A DNA stretch of 64,000 nucleotides from assembly GCA_002633005.1 (NCBI GenBank), contig NMRA01000006.1:390677-454676 (forward strand), read 5' to 3'. Below are positions 50,358 to 64,000 of this stretch, piece after piece (position 1 is the stretch's first letter; every line of letters starts with the position of its first letter). The translations under genes and the position numbers were made by a program. Source of the stretch: Phoronis australis. Taxonomy: Eukaryota > Animalia > Phoronida. Below the pieces are notes generated by a model. The model was not told where the DNA came from and ran no database searches. It saw only the letters and a program-made list of their open reading frames with translations.

Positions 50358-51397
50358 CTCTGACCTTGAGCAAAATAATCAATTTTTCACTGTACCAATT
50401 GGAAAATTCTTACCATTGACCTTTTACTCTTATAAAGTCCATCTCAAAAGTTTCCTCACCATGATAACTAGGACTTGTTCACTATTAATACAAACACACA
50501 AACCTTCAATAGGTCAAAGAAGCATCGAAAAATTACTGATTTTATGGGGTAGTGGCCAACTCTTTGAAAATGGTGCATGATGAATTCTAAGTCACCCCAC
50601 ACAACTGCGACTATTTCCTTGATTGCAATAAACTGATGACCCCAGTTGACCTAGTTACTGAATGGTAACGTTTTGTTCATGTATATTTTACCAGGAAGTG
50701 AGTGACAGCAATTCCCTTGACTAGGTATTTTGTTGGCCTGATTTGTATGCATTGACTGAGACCAACTGACTACCGTTTCATTCAATGCCAACTTGGGTAC
50801 ATTACTATTCTTCACTTGGCAAAATTTTCTTTTCTGTTTGTCAAAAGCTGATTACTTTAATACAAATAATAGAAACTTTGCTGAATGTTGTTTTATAACG
50901 TCTACTAGGGCTTCAATCCAAGCAAGCAATGGGTTGCAGTTTTCCTAATTTTGAAAATATTGATTTTGAAAACAAAAAAAATTCACTTGTCCATCAATGT
51001 GTGTGCTAAATAGATGAAGAACGGCATAGTAATGTTTTTAAGTGCAGATTGATTTGGTTAAGAACTTGAAATATGTTTGATAGCTAAACAGGACGAAATG
51101 CAGCTTTCTGTGATATCTTTTGGTTTTTATGTGGGTGATTTAGGCAATCCTTAGGAAACCGTATGTAAAGTGTTATTGTCAGATATAAATTTAATTTTTA
51201 ATAAAGTTCCATGATTCCTGCTGAGAACTAGGAATAATTGTGAAGGACAGCTGCTCCTTTGTGCTGTCTTAGTAAGACCGACTTTTTATCAGTCTGGATA
51301 AAGCGTTAAATGTCTGTACAATGTTGGTAGTAGTTCGTAAATCATCCCCCGCAGTAATATTGTGGAGTTGGTCAACCAAGAGCGTGGAAATGGCAGA

Positions 51398-51683
51398 CAG
51401 TGGCGGATTTAGCCCCCCTAAAATTCTTCCAGATTCCATTTGTCGTCAGTTGGGGGTGCGAATTTCTGACTAGCATATGTGCGCACCCAGGGGGGCTCAG
51501 GGGACGAATGCACAATGCATAGACCTTGAACAAACCTCATTTGTTTTTTATTTTTTAGTAATAAGGTCCACAAACCCAAAAATTCCGAGACCCATACATC
51601 TTAGGCTGGGCGCGCGCATGGGGCGAAATTCTTGTTATTCCTGTGCCCTGCCCCCCTACTCAAAATCCTGGATCCGACCCTGA
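51398..51683. mobile_element. hAT-like MITE (CAGTGGCGGAT TIR)
   Basis: cagtggcggattt ... ggatccgaccctg termini with C-rich subterminal tracts. Confidence 0.55.
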
Positions 51684-52901
51684 GAGGACGAGTTATAAGT
51701 TAAACGTATTGAATGTTTCCAGGCCCAAAACCTGTCTTGCATCATTTAGCACACACCAACGCAGAAAAATTAGTTGGAGGTTGGTTCGATAGTTCGAAGG
51801 GGCGAGAATATCAAATTTGAAATTGGCCTGATGGTTGTCGGTCTGAAGGGCCCATAATTGACCCGAAAGACCAACAGTCCGAAGGGCTGATATTCGGAAA
51901 AGTGACGACTCTTTGGCTGACATATTTATTTACCAGGCATTTCACGCCTTCGAATTTCTTGATTGGCGACTCTACGGCTTGAAGCAAGCGCAATACCAGT
52001 ATCTAATCTACATGTATGGCTTTATCCGACGTCGAGAATTTGTCCGATTCCTAACAATTTGAAAACTCATTGAACTAGTGTTCAGAAAAAGGTGGAAGGA
52101 ATCATAGTTTCTGGGAAAGAATTTTTTTAAGATGCCATTACTTCATAAGAAATTCAGTGACTGATAAGTTCCGAGTTTTATTTTTACCGTATATTTACGC
52201 CCGTGCACCTACATTCGAAGCTATACATGTACATGTAGGCCTGCGCTTGTATTTGGTATCAGAGGCATATCCCTTAACACTTTAACGTGAACTGAAACCG
52301 TCAGTGCTTGAAAGTGATGCTCTGACACAACCCATCATTAAAAAACGCGTTGCTATGCTTGCTGAGTGTAGTGAAGATTGTTTTCAATGGTTTAGACTCG
52401 CTCAGCACGCCTGGCGAACCGTACGTGTACATGTAGGTGCTTGTCCACTAGTTTACATCCAGATTGAGCACTGACGTTTGTTTTTCAGTTGGAAATTATA
52501 GGCGAGAATCGCTGGCATCGTCAATTCAGCACGCACTGATCTAAGAGCCCTTCGATGGCAATAACCGCAGTCCGGTTTATTCCGAAACCATGGTTTTACA
52601 GCACTCACAAAATACTGGCTGACTGAATAAATTGCAATATCCTTACAAGGAAACTAGTGATTCAGTGTTTACTGTTTGGCTTCTGAATTTGAATTCCCAT
52701 AGACATATACTATAGTCTGTGATTCCCCGTAAATGTTAGGTCAAGATCAGTTTCCCTCGAAGGACGATGATAATTATCCAAAAATATGTAATTGGATTCG
52801 GTTTTACAAATCAGTATTTCAATTGGGATGCACGTTTTCATTGTGGTAGATGATTGGTTTGTGAGCCGTTTTGCGGGACAAAAGACCGTGCGAACGCTTA
52901 A

Positions 52902-53010
52902 CAGTGTGGTTCAGTGGTTTGAGCTCCGTACTCCCGTTTGGGAGACCCAGGTTCGAATCCTGGCTTTACTGGCAGACAATCGAGCATTGCACAAGTGTCT
53001 CCTCCTCTGA
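52902..53010 (+). mobile_element. tRNA-derived SINE head
   Basis: A box TGGTTCAGTGG and B box GGTTCGAATCC at tRNA-like spacing; no convincing acceptor stem. Confidence 0.6.
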
Positions 53011-53248
53011 GCTCGGTCTTACTAGTGAATTTATGCGAAAGTGATTTTTGGAGCTGTGCTCATATTAGAAAAAACAATAATAGATTTTCTCACGTGACCT
53101 GGAATGTGTTACGACACTGGTTAATAACACCGAGTACGTAATCTTTGATATTACATGGGCGAATCACAAAGTAGTGCGAAGTAGAAATCCATGCGCCTTA
53201 CATTTTATCGTCTGCAAAACACTAAAACCAATCAGATAAATATATACC

Positions 53249-53351
<103 letters not shown>

Positions 53352-54206
53352 CTCGTTGACTATAACAACCAAACGCATGCCAACCAAACAATGCTGGAAT
53401 TCCGAGAAGGTGACAAGGTTATGATTGACAAATCCGGTGTCGCAACTGTACGTACTCCTTGATGGAAGGACATGCAAACAACTTCTTAAACAGACCCATC
53501 TTCGGCAGCGAATTCCATATCCACATTCATTCAAACTGATCGAGACGAACCCCACTCAAGAAACGCGGCGAGACTGTCGAGCTGTGCTGTCTCAAGGTCA
53601 ATTCAGTGCTCACGCGCGGGTAAGCGTTGCTGACTGTTATTTATAAAAAAATAAATTTTAATATGACAACTTCAAAGATAATTTATTAGATTCTAACTTG
53701 AATATTTGTTACGAAAGCGGTATGCCATTTACATTTGTTAAGCTTAAAAACACCTTCTCATCTGAAATGACCTTTTCTCAAATATATGAGCTTCGAAAAA
53801 GGGACTTAAATAATAATTAATAATTAAGGTATTGCCCAGACAATACCACACTTGTAAAAACTATTAACAAAGAGTAACTGAATTACTTTACATTGCGCAA
53901 GCGTGTTTTTACAACAGTTGCGTCGTGGCTGAAAGTTTTAGACACGTCGAGTTTTTCGGCAAAGAAAACGTCGTTTTTACGGTTCATGTGAGAAAACAAA
54001 TCCTACACTCCTCTCATTTTTATGACATGGGCATAACCTCTTGGAAATTTCGTCAAAATGCCGAGGGATTTTGGCGAAATTTCCCAGAGCCTTTGTCCAT
54101 GTCATAAACCTGAGACGACTGTAGGATTCTCTAGAAATTGATGCACAGATTTGGAAATCTGACTGTCGCTTGGAGTTGAAACTAAACGACAAATATTTGT
54201 AATGTG

Positions 54207-57200
54207 CTATTTATTCCCATTTTGCAAGCCATACTGTTTTGGGGGCACCTTTATTTTGAACAGCAACATTTCACGGGAAAGTTTGCACTCTTCGTCGCCA
54301 TGGAAATCATTTTCGTAATCCACGCTCGTCTGCGGCGCCCGCACAACAATTAGGTCACGTGATTCGGCGCTGTTGCTGATTGGTGTACAGTCTCTGTGTT
54401 CGTCCCGTGAGCTGTCGGGTGATTCTTCGCTACTGCTCTCTTTAATAAATCTGGCATTCATTGCGGCAACAACGGTGGTCGCGTTAAGAAGACGCCAAGA
54501 AACATCCGGGACTTTTCTTCTCATCTCTTGATGACTGAAACGGACGCATTTAACAAAGCGGTCACAGAGAACTTTTTGAGAAATGGAAGTAGAAATGGCG
54601 GTGAGAATAATCCCAAGAAGAATTCTATTGACGTGGTAACTAGGGTTGTTAAAAGTTAGAATGCCAGGGTGCGCTATGAGCTTTGCATCTCATCTTGTCT
54701 TATAATCGGCAAGAATTGAATCCGTCACGCATCTGTGTATTTAATGAGACTCGTGGAACACAGCTGACTTTTTGCCTACAAAAATGCCATTTCAGTGGGA
54801 AAAAGCACTGAAGACGTGTGTTATAATCATATATACTGAAACGACGAATTAACAGTTACAGACTATTTCGTGCTGTTATTGCAGCCATCGGAGACATCCG
54901 AGTTGTCACTGAGCTGTTTTCTATAGAAGTGTAGGCAGGGAGACCAATTGCCGTGGCCCAGGCGACGAGCCTCTCAGCGCCCTGACTGGCGCTGTTTCAT
55001 GTAGTACCCGAATATGCAACATTTCCGAACGACTTACGTTGTTTTTGAGCAGTCGTACGCTCCGTGGAGAATGATCTTTAGCATTTCGTTGACCATGTTA
55101 CCACTTTGGAAGCTTTTCGTGACGATTTCTTTCTCGAGTTGATGCATGGCCTACGAAGACAGTCACGTGATTGACCATTTCATTAGTTACGAAAGTGGCG
55201 TGTGTATAAAGAGCGATTTAAGTTTTGTATTCAGAACAAAACAACGTCGTTATATTTTATAAAACTGGAACTGTCAAAGCCCTCGAACGTTGAAGCTGAG
55301 AAAAATAACTTTTAGGGTTATCGACCCTGTATTCGCCAAAAATATACAAAAGTCTAGGTTTTAGTTCAGTTGAAGTGTTTCTGAAATTGGAAAGCCGGTA
55401 GAATTTGATTTTTGTCTTTTTACCAACTGCTATTAAATGGGTCACGCGACCATTTCTTTTCGATAATATTTGGCGAAAAAGAATTACAGTATAAATAACA
55501 CGGTCAAATTTCACTTGATATAAATTTCTATGCAAAATCTCAAAAAACCCTGTTACAGCTTTTAAATCATTGTTACAGCTTTAGTTTTTTCACGAAAATC
55601 ATAAAAAGTCAACTTTAAGTTGATAGCCCCTCATATATAACAGGAGCATTTCAGTATCAATTCCTAACAGTGGTTTGAAGCACAATGCACAAAGCATGGC
55701 CTCTGAACGTTTTCATATGAATGCAGCTGAATCAGCCATTTGTGAGATATGACGTTCCGGATTTTAGACATTTTCTAGGGTCTTGCACAACCTTAGTTTA
55801 GACCACTTGAGTCAGGAGGAACCGACATATCGTTATTGCTCGAGACCGGCTCGATACTTTGCCTTGGCCGGCGGGCACCTTTATGCACGGATCACAACTT
55901 AATGAGCAGTGCCAAACACGGTTACTTCGAAAACCACTTCTAAGGTAATGCAGTTGAAGCCAGCTTTCATCGAAGCGTTTTTTGGTCTAAATCAAAAGTT
56001 GTTTGGTACTGATTGCGGACTCATTTTGAGAGCAGCAATACATATAACTAAGGCGGTCTAGTACACGTTGTAGCACTCACGTGCGCAGGTTGCTCTGGAG
56101 GGCCCATTGCTGTCATCACCTGAAACCATTTTTATGGTTTATTAATATATAATTGTAACTATATATTTATGAAATAAAAAAATTGTTAAAAACAGCTGAG
56201 AAGACAGTGACCTGGCTCAAGGGTCTAGCAGTGTGCCCCAGTAGGACTCGAATATAGGACTTTGAATAAACGAAGCGAACACTTATCCCACTAGGCCACA
56301 CTGCCTCCTCAAAACAGAATTAACACAAGACAGGAAACGTACTGTCGTAGGGACGGAGGAAGGAGAGAGTGTTTTTACTTCGTCAGTATTTTTCGTTGAC
56401 ATCAAGCCGACCAAGGGAACGGGATGCGAATAACGGTGAAGGAATTCTCTGAGTACGCGTCCTCAATGATGTATGGTAGAAATGCATTTTATCAAGTGCT
56501 AGACAACTAAATGCCCACCTACCAAAGTTAAGAAATCCTTTTTTTTCTCATTCAGCTTTTGACACGTGATAACGTCCTTCAACGAAGACTTCCGTTTCAC
56601 CTGTCCAGTGTCACCACCCATCAGAAGCGCTTCCGTGTCACTCCCACTAAAATCTTCGGTCGTTCCTTCGTCACTTTCCGCTGGTTTCATATCATTATTG
56701 GTAATGGTAATTTCACACATTTGCTTTCCCTGTTAGACGTACGCAAGTTAAAAGAAATCAGTACAAATTTACCCATGGCTATTGTTCATCTGCCGACTCG
56801 AAAGATGAATTGCTCCATCAAAGTAGATTATGTTTTTAACAACCTAAGTCACCTCAGCGCTGTTTGTAGGGACAGAAAATGTATGCCGTTTAAAACGTCT
56901 CCTGTTTTCCCACCGAGTGGCGTTTGATTGCGTGGATATACAGAAGTCATATTACGCTTACGTGCGGTATTTTGCAATTTCAGAAATCTACTTATTGTAT
57001 GGTGCAGAAACGCATTCCACATTTTTATCCCATGCGCGTTGACTCTGTCGAGGGAAATACGGCCATGTAATAAAGTTTTCCGTATTCACTTCCCGCACAA
57101 CTTCAACAGCGAACTCTGACATGGAAAGTTTAAAAGGTAGGTCAATGTCGACTCGACGTCTTCAGCCGGTTCGATCATCAAACTTTCCGAATATAGTTTA

Positions 57201-60200
57201 AAGTAATACAGTTGCAGCAGTGTAACTAACACTCGACATGCAACCAGACCCTAAAAGTAAAATCTGGAACAAAACTGTTGATTATAAGACACTTATGTCT
57301 CAGTTTTCAATTACTGAATACCATATCGGATCATTTCGTTTGCAACTCAGGCGCCGATTCCTAGGAAATTAAAATATCAATTGTTGTTTTTTAACTATTT
57401 CCAAGAGATGTTACAAGTTCACTGCACAGTTACCGTTGTTCTCATCTTTGCTACCTCTTTTCAAGAAATAAATCGTTACTTTTAAAACTGTTTATTTTAC
57501 AAGAGAAAACTTGCAAGCTAACGCGCAAGTACATACATATTGGATGCGATCCGACATATGAACAGTCTGGGTGACGTATTTGAAAAATCTGCCGAAAAAA
57601 TGTAAGAAACCTAGATGTTCGAAGCGCTTGGGATAAATACAAAACGTACCTCGATTGGCGTACATGACCGAGTATCCCACTCGACCTTATTCCGCGTATC
57701 GACCGAGACCGAAGAAGCGCTCGTTCGACATTCATCAAAGGGAGAAACAGGTTAAAATATCAAGAATTGGGATGATCAGTCGAGAAATTCTTTATGTTAC
57801 AAGCGTACCTGATTCGTAATTCGTTTAATTGTTTTCGTCACATCGTTTCCTGATTCTCCACCATTTTCCAACATTCGCCCAGTTTGCAATCGTCTTGAAT
57901 CCAGAATGCATTTTGTACAGGGGCACAAATTTGGACACTTGCAAAATCAGTCGGACACTTACGAATATTTATTAGTTCGTGACAATTCGTGGGAAAAGCT
58001 TTCGACATTTAACTGCTTACATCGTTACTTGTGCAGTGGCAGTCGCTTCTGTAATTAGCAATCATCATAACCTTCCGTTTGAAGTTCGCTTTATTCTCAG
58101 ACGTCATGCAGAGATCCCCTGCTTCTCGAACATCTCTTTTTGTGCGGTGACCTCTGTTGGCAATCCTCATAACTCTTCGTTTGAGGTTGGATTTGCTCAT
58201 GGTATTGCAGAAGTCCTCAATTTCCTGAACTACGCCGTCACAATCGGACGGGTCACCGCTGGAATCCAAGGTGGTGCGTAGCTTATCCCGGCATTCTGCT
58301 TCTCGCTGACAGCAATCTGCTATCACAGCAATTGCTGCTGCTACGTTGACGTCTGTACCTTGAAGAATATAGTAATCACGCTGGGAATATCCTCGATACA
58401 AATCTAATAACCGTGTTTCCCCACATTTTTTTTGTTCACAATACAAAATATGCCTTTGAGCACGAAGCCCGCTTACATAGCTGTACCTGGCGTTTTGTTT
58501 TAAGCATATTTATCTGCACGATAAACACACAAGCCTGGATTTCAGCGAATTTAACTGGCAGCCAACAGCGAGAATTGGCCAAGAACGTTACGTGAAGAAG
58601 TGTACCCCATCCAAGGAAAATCACAAAATGCGTTTTTCTGGCGATTATGCTCCTTTTAATCAGTTTGAGAAACGTAATAATTACATTCTCTCCTGATCTT
58701 TTTGCCATTTTCAAAACCCAGTCATTAAAACATAGACAGTGAGAATATAGTCCTTTGCCATTTGTACTTGCTGATTAAAGAATTTTTCGCGACACTAATT
58801 AAATGAGAACCGTTAACTGTAACTTAAAACGATTTCTTTCTTTAGCGTTGCACGTATTGGATACTAGTGCATCAATTTCAACATACCTTATAGGATCTAG
58901 TAGGTTATCCTACGAGACCCTATTTGACTTCGATACAGTACAGGTGATGTCGTTGCCAACAACATTTTTAATGCTCAGTATTGTCTTTTGTTACCTTTCC
59001 ATCACGTTCTAATCGCCGTAAAGGCGCGAAAACTGGGTGACCCTTACTCTCAACAACAGGTGGCGCCGTTTGTCTTTTTTGGATGAATGTATTACCAGTA
59101 AAGTAAAATGTATATTTTGACGGAGCAAGGTATGATTAAGATTAGTACACCGATAAAAATATATCTCTCTACAGATATGTTGTTTTGAGATAATTCAAGC
59201 TATCTTTTGTTCGACCAGTTCAGCCTGAGCTAAACAGAGTCGCTTTAAAAAGCGGTTCCCAACGTTTAGCTGACTGACACGAAAATCAAATTAGAGCTGT
59301 CACTCTCGTAAAATTGGTCTCGTAATAGTCGTTACCGCAGTTAGATTCCATTTCCGTTACCAACTCGAGTCAAAGACCATGCTAACACGCGCCATTTTCG
59401 AATTCGCAATTCAGGGTCGGGTCAACCGCAACAATAAAATCTGAATTGTTTTCTTGAGTCACGGTGGCTTGAGTGTTCCTGTTCATTTGGTAACGGAAGG
59501 AACATCACCAGACCGACTTTTTGTGAGAGTAATTTATATTAACATAATTTATGTTAACCAGCTAAACCCGTCGAAATGCAGCTTTAACTGAGAAGTCGAT
59601 CATTTTACACATCCAATCACAGTCATAAGCGTTACTCAAGGCTAACAAAGAGATGTTCTTGGATTGGCTGCCGTTTCACGGGGTAGAAACCGTAGATCAG
59701 CAAGTTTACTTAATTTATTTATTGTTTCCAAGTATGCCTTTTCTAGTGAGCATCTTGTACAAGTTCTTATGGGATTCAACATAACTATAATATGTGGCGT
59801 CCCTTAAGAATTCTTATCTTTTGTCACGTAGGTAATCCAACAGTCCCCTATTAGAATTCTTATAAAAATGCATTAGGATTTTATAAGATTCTACGAGACG
59901 TCTTACCTGAAATCCAACACGATCCTGTAGGATTTCTATTACATCATACGTTGGGCGAATGTTTAACAAGCATTTCCATTGGAACCCACCGGAAATTCCA
60001 TACGAAATTTAAAAAGAATTCTAACTGGGTACGGTCTTTATTTAAATTTTACAAGTTAAGAGCACTGAATGATTTGAAGACTTTGGAATATGCGATGTTT
60101 TTACAAATTATTTTACTTAAAATTCTTTAACAAGGTACTCGCACTAGCGGCCGTCCCTTGTCAAAGAATCTCTTTGACAAGGGACTCCCAATGCGAGTAT

Positions 60201-62756
60201 CCACGATTGATTCTTGGCGAAAACACCTGTACATGTACACTGGATGTTTAAAGATCGTAAACACCTGCTTCCCCTAAATCGCTTCCAGTACCACGGGATT
60301 AGCAAAATATAGTCAAGTTTTAACCTCAAATGTCAACGTACATCCTGCTCGTTAACGCTGAGATGTGCCTCGAGTTCGTTTTGTGTAATAACTTGGTAGC
60401 AGTTGATTACTTAAGTAATCGACCTTCCAACAAAAGAGAAATGTTTGACTTGATTTTAAAATATTAGCAGCCACGCACCTGAGATTCTTTGCCTCAACTT
60501 GTTGACTTTATTTACGTGTCGTTTCAGCAGAGTGGCGTACTGTTCTTCGATTTCTGCCCGCTCCTTGGCGATGAGCTGTATAATCTTGAGGTCTCTTAGC
60601 AAAATTTGAAAGTATCAGAGTCGCACTGTAGCGACAGTGAGAGAGCAGCGAGGTCATTTCCAGATGGAAATGCACCATGTACAGCAAAACTGTAGACTTT
60701 TAAGGTGCCTCCGAAGTAGCATTGCCACCAAAAGCGGTGATCTTTTTAAGAATACAACATCTGTTTTTTCATGAAATGGTTCAGCTCGTTTTTATAAATT
60801 TAGAAAACACTCACATTTTAGTTGAAAATAATCGTTTTAAACACTATGTTTTGTGAAACGTGAGTGAAGTTCGCGCGTGACGACATCCGGCTTAAAAACT
60901 AATCAGGGTCTTTTTTCATGAATAGTGACTACAGTCAGAAATTTGTTCTTGCGCTCCACGAAACTATTTTTGAAAAGTAATTCCATCTCACTTGAGTATG
61001 AACGCAAAGTCGCTGAGAATATACACATAACTGATAGTTACTGAGATAATATTCATAAATGAATTCGAGACTGTGACGCGCTCATAATTACTTGGCCAAA
61101 CCTCTTTCAGTAACTGTTAATTGGGAAAGTAAGACCGAATTTCTGTCTTATGTCTCGGGTCACTTTCATGAAACAGACGCCAGATGTCGCCGAAGCGAAT
61201 CAAGTGCAACCAATGACGTATATACGTGAGTGACCTCGTATCTTAAAGGGACATCATCGCTTTTACGACTGAAAAAAAAACGCAGTCGCTTGATATTGTT
61301 GGATGGGATAGACTTTGTGAAATTATTGGTTTTGACTAGAGCTCCAAAAAATAAAATCGGTTTGTTTTTGCGACTTTATTACAAAGTGCCAATTCTGACG
61401 CCGGTGTCTGCCAGCCATTCGCTGAAATCAAGGCCGGTGACTTTACCAGTTAGATACGCTTAACATTTATCTCAGCCAGCATGGTGTTTAACCGCCACCA
61501 TGAGGGTTCTACGTTCGTTTCCGTGCTTTAGCTGACTTCAGAAAGAACTTTTTCTCGCCGATAATGTCACTTTAAGAGAATGCCGCGTGCCTAAATCACG
61601 CCGCGTATGATCTATTGCTTCAACGAAGTGTCAACTTGATCCAGATTCTGTGTAAAACGTATGGTTCAATTTATATATCGATTGAAATTTCTACACACCT
61701 CTGATGATAGGAAATATCTCTAAATTGTATCCACAATTCTTCAACCTCTTTATCCCCGCTCATGACAACTCGACCTGAAGCGTAAAGTATATGACAGCAA
61801 AGACACCAGGTTTTGTGTATCGCTCAACGCCTGTGTAGCAAAAATTTTCGTGTCTAAACTCTTCTCGATTCAAAAACTGTTCCTCGTTGTAGGCAATGAC
61901 GTCTATCGATTATGATGTCACTATTTTACAGAGTTTTTATGTAAATAAGTTTCAAAACCTCAAACTTGCATTATGTATTTAGTTTTAAATTCATGACACG
62001 TGCCTGAATGTGATGTTTTCAACTATGCTTTAGTTTTGTTAAGTAGAAAATAAATCAGAAACCAAATGAGGTGATCCAGATTCTTTGGAGGATATTACTG
62101 TTGGACGAAACGTAGAATGCAGCAGAAAGGAAACAGCAATAATGGAACAACTGAAATTTTCGGATATAATCACATCCTTTCTCAAGAGACACAGAGATAA
62201 AGCAAAATCAAGCACATTTGTAGGTCTACGTGTAGTTTCCACATTATGCTATGATTCCGGAATTGCTGTTGACCATTATTGGGGTTCTTGCTAGAAACGA
62301 TGAGTCTTTTTTCAAATTAGGCTTCTCAATTTGAGGAGAGTGCTTGTGTTCCGCCTTGGCAGGCTCGTCGGAAAAAAACCGTTACTGGCATTCGGGTCAC
62401 TACAAAATTTTCTCCCATTCTTTTGGTTTATGCCCATTTCATCAATCGGTGAAAAGCCCTTCAGTTTGACAGGCCATCGGAGATGTGAGCAGGTCCGATG
62501 GTATTGAACTACCCGCGGGACAAAATTGAACTGAGATTAGCGGTTTCAAACGTGCAACATGAACTCGAGGTTTAAATTTAATATTTTCACATTGCATGGA
62601 TGTATAGTCAATATCGTCGGGATACCTATCGTCGTCAGGCTCCAATGGTCGTTCGCCATCTTCTTTCGCGTGCAGCACAGCCACGCGGGACTTAGCGTTC
62701 CAATCTGGAGTGCTCGTCTGCACGTTAGGTACTGACCTCTCGGGAGAAACACGCAT
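54207..62756 (-). CDS. Putative 453-aa FCH-only (partial F-BAR) protein. Exons 62756-62626, 60594-60516, 58513-58477, 58358-58021, 57937-57809, 56729-56523, 55150-55038, 54534-54207
   Basis: Eight GT-AG exons join with consistent phases (2,0,1,0,0,0,2) into one 1362-nt ORF containing KERAEIEEQYATLL and NVAAAIAVIADCCQREAECRDKLRTTL at F-BAR spacing. Three acceptors are AAG and two exons are short, so individual boundaries are uncertain. Confidence 0.55.
55260..55790 (-). mobile_element. Dispersed repeat family (other copies ~4440-4790 and ~45290-45620)
   Basis: Shared tatcaa(g/a)tgaaatttga(c/t)c.tgttatt, cgtgaccca and ccctaga(g/a)aa segments. Confidence 0.5.
56065..56309 (-). mobile_element. 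tRNA-derived SINE (same family as 46810-47020)
   Basis: gaggcagtgtggcctagtgg...ttcgagtcc...cacactgctagaccct...ataaaaatggtttcaggtgat...gcaatgggccc. Confidence 0.75.
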
Positions 62757-63670
62757 GGAGGAACTGATACGAAAATCGGTGCATTTACCGACTATTTAAA
62801 AACTTAAAAACTTATAGATTTTATTAATGCACTTTTTTGTTCATTTTCAGAAGATATTTTCGAATTAAATTTTCTTCAGACGGAACAAAAAACAACCCAG
62901 GGATTGTTTGTGCAATATATCTATTTGTTCCAGGCACTAACCGACACTTGTTAGGCCAAAGGAAAAACGCAGCAAGCAAATGCAACACGCTGGGTGCTTA
63001 AAGGAGAATGCCACCCAAAAAACAACCTATTTTGTATCAATTTAGATCGAGTAGTTCTACTCGAAAACGGCACGTTCGGTTGCGCTACCTGACACCTGAC
63101 GGCAGACGGAGGTGTTGAAATTATCCAATGACGTAATTGGTTTCACACGCAGTCTGTTCAGCAGTTCAAAACACGGGTTAGTGGTGTCGGCTTATTGCTT
63201 GTACTGATCGTTTAACACCAATAAATCATCAAACTTCGATGGAAAACCCTTAAAAATACACCGAGTTCTTATAAAAACGTGTTGTTTTATTTCGCTGTTA
63301 CGCATTTACTGGTATTTGGACACACAAAGTTCGGCAGGCGAATTACCAAGGCCCGTAGAGGCCGGGAGTTTGGGGTCTGTTCGGAGATAAATTCAGATAT
63401 TCTTCCGTGGAATACAGACAAGAGAACCTAGATCTGTATTGTTAATACTTGTGATTTTTTTAGTTCTAAACACACAAAACGCTTGTTATCCCGGTCAGTG
63501 GCTCGGACCCGGATGAGGCCCGTCGCGGCCGCAGGGACTGGCACGAACATAAACCAGCTTGAGTTAGAAACTAAACCTCCAGTCACGAAAAGACTATAAT
63601 AGTGAGCCGAAGGAATAATGTGTACGTAATTATTTATGTGAATTAGCCACGAAACTGAAAATCTACTTAC

Positions 63671-63715
63671 TTGTCGGGGGCCGCGAAGTCGGGTTCCACT
63701 TCCACTCACAGTAAG
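63671..63715 (-). other. Possible upstream (5' UTR) exon of the FCH-like gene
   Basis: Consensus donor CAA|GTAAGT at 63671/63670 on the - strand; candidate acceptor ttttcgtatcag just before ATG 62756. Confidence 0.3.
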
Positions 63716-64000
63716 GGCAAAGGTTGTACAGTAACAATGATTTGAATAATGTATTTGTATTTCTAAATAAAGATTCCCCTAACATGGGACCATATCATAT
63801 AAAATCGAGTAATTGTTTCACAACAGCTTTCTGTCAGCCAACACTGAATTAGATTGCGCTCGGTGCCCCAATTACCTTTGTTGCCGGCATCAAAAGCCGG
63901 TAAGGCAGTGGTTTATTCATTGCTGGCTTCTCAAAACATTTGCACTCACGAGCACTCCAAGACATTACAAATTGTATCTAATGAGACAGACTTTGTTTCA

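Noticed and set aside
52902-52975. Possible tRNA gene
   Set aside because: A and B boxes are present but the acceptor stem does not pair and no oligo-T terminator follows; better explained as a SINE head.
56990-57115. Additional - strand exon for the FCH-like gene (FAVEVVREVNTKNF...)
   Set aside because: Its phase does not fit the flanking phase-0 exons and no convincing donor precedes the stop.
62040-62294. + strand ORF that looks like a coding fragment
   Set aside because: In-frame stop upstream, no motif recognised, and antisense within a predicted intron; at most a decayed TE fragment.

Overview
AT-rich eukaryotic (metazoan, probably invertebrate) genomic DNA with spliceosomal introns, one 778-nt N gap (40748-41525) and signs of draft-assembly errors. 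I reconstructed six protein-coding loci by hand from splice sites, exon phases and recalled family motifs; no searches were run. (1) A two-exon, divergent NAD-dependent glycerol-3-phosphate dehydrogenase (GPD1-like, - strand). (2) An apparently single-exon ~1170-aa orphan with a duplicated hydrophobic/acidic module and 11-aa GDPGHD repeats, split by a 1-nt frameshift (- strand). (3) A PARP6/PARP8-like mono-ADP-ribosyltransferase with 16 coding exons (+ strand), containing a GC-AG intron, a triplicated acceptor and an N-terminal frameshift. (4) BTBD1/2 (BTB-BACK-PHR, - strand). (5) An EPHX3/4-like epoxide hydrolase (+ strand). (6) A cryptic 8-exon - strand gene that the ORF track shows only as fragments; it appears to encode an FCH-only (half F-BAR) protein with repeated basic amphipathic motifs. 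Introns and intergenic DNA carry many MITEs (TTAA-flanked Kolobok-like, ISL2EU-like with a THAP remnant, hAT-like), tRNA-derived SINEs and simple repeats. The most novel candidates are the FCH-only gene, the repeat orphan and the degenerate GPD1 paralog.
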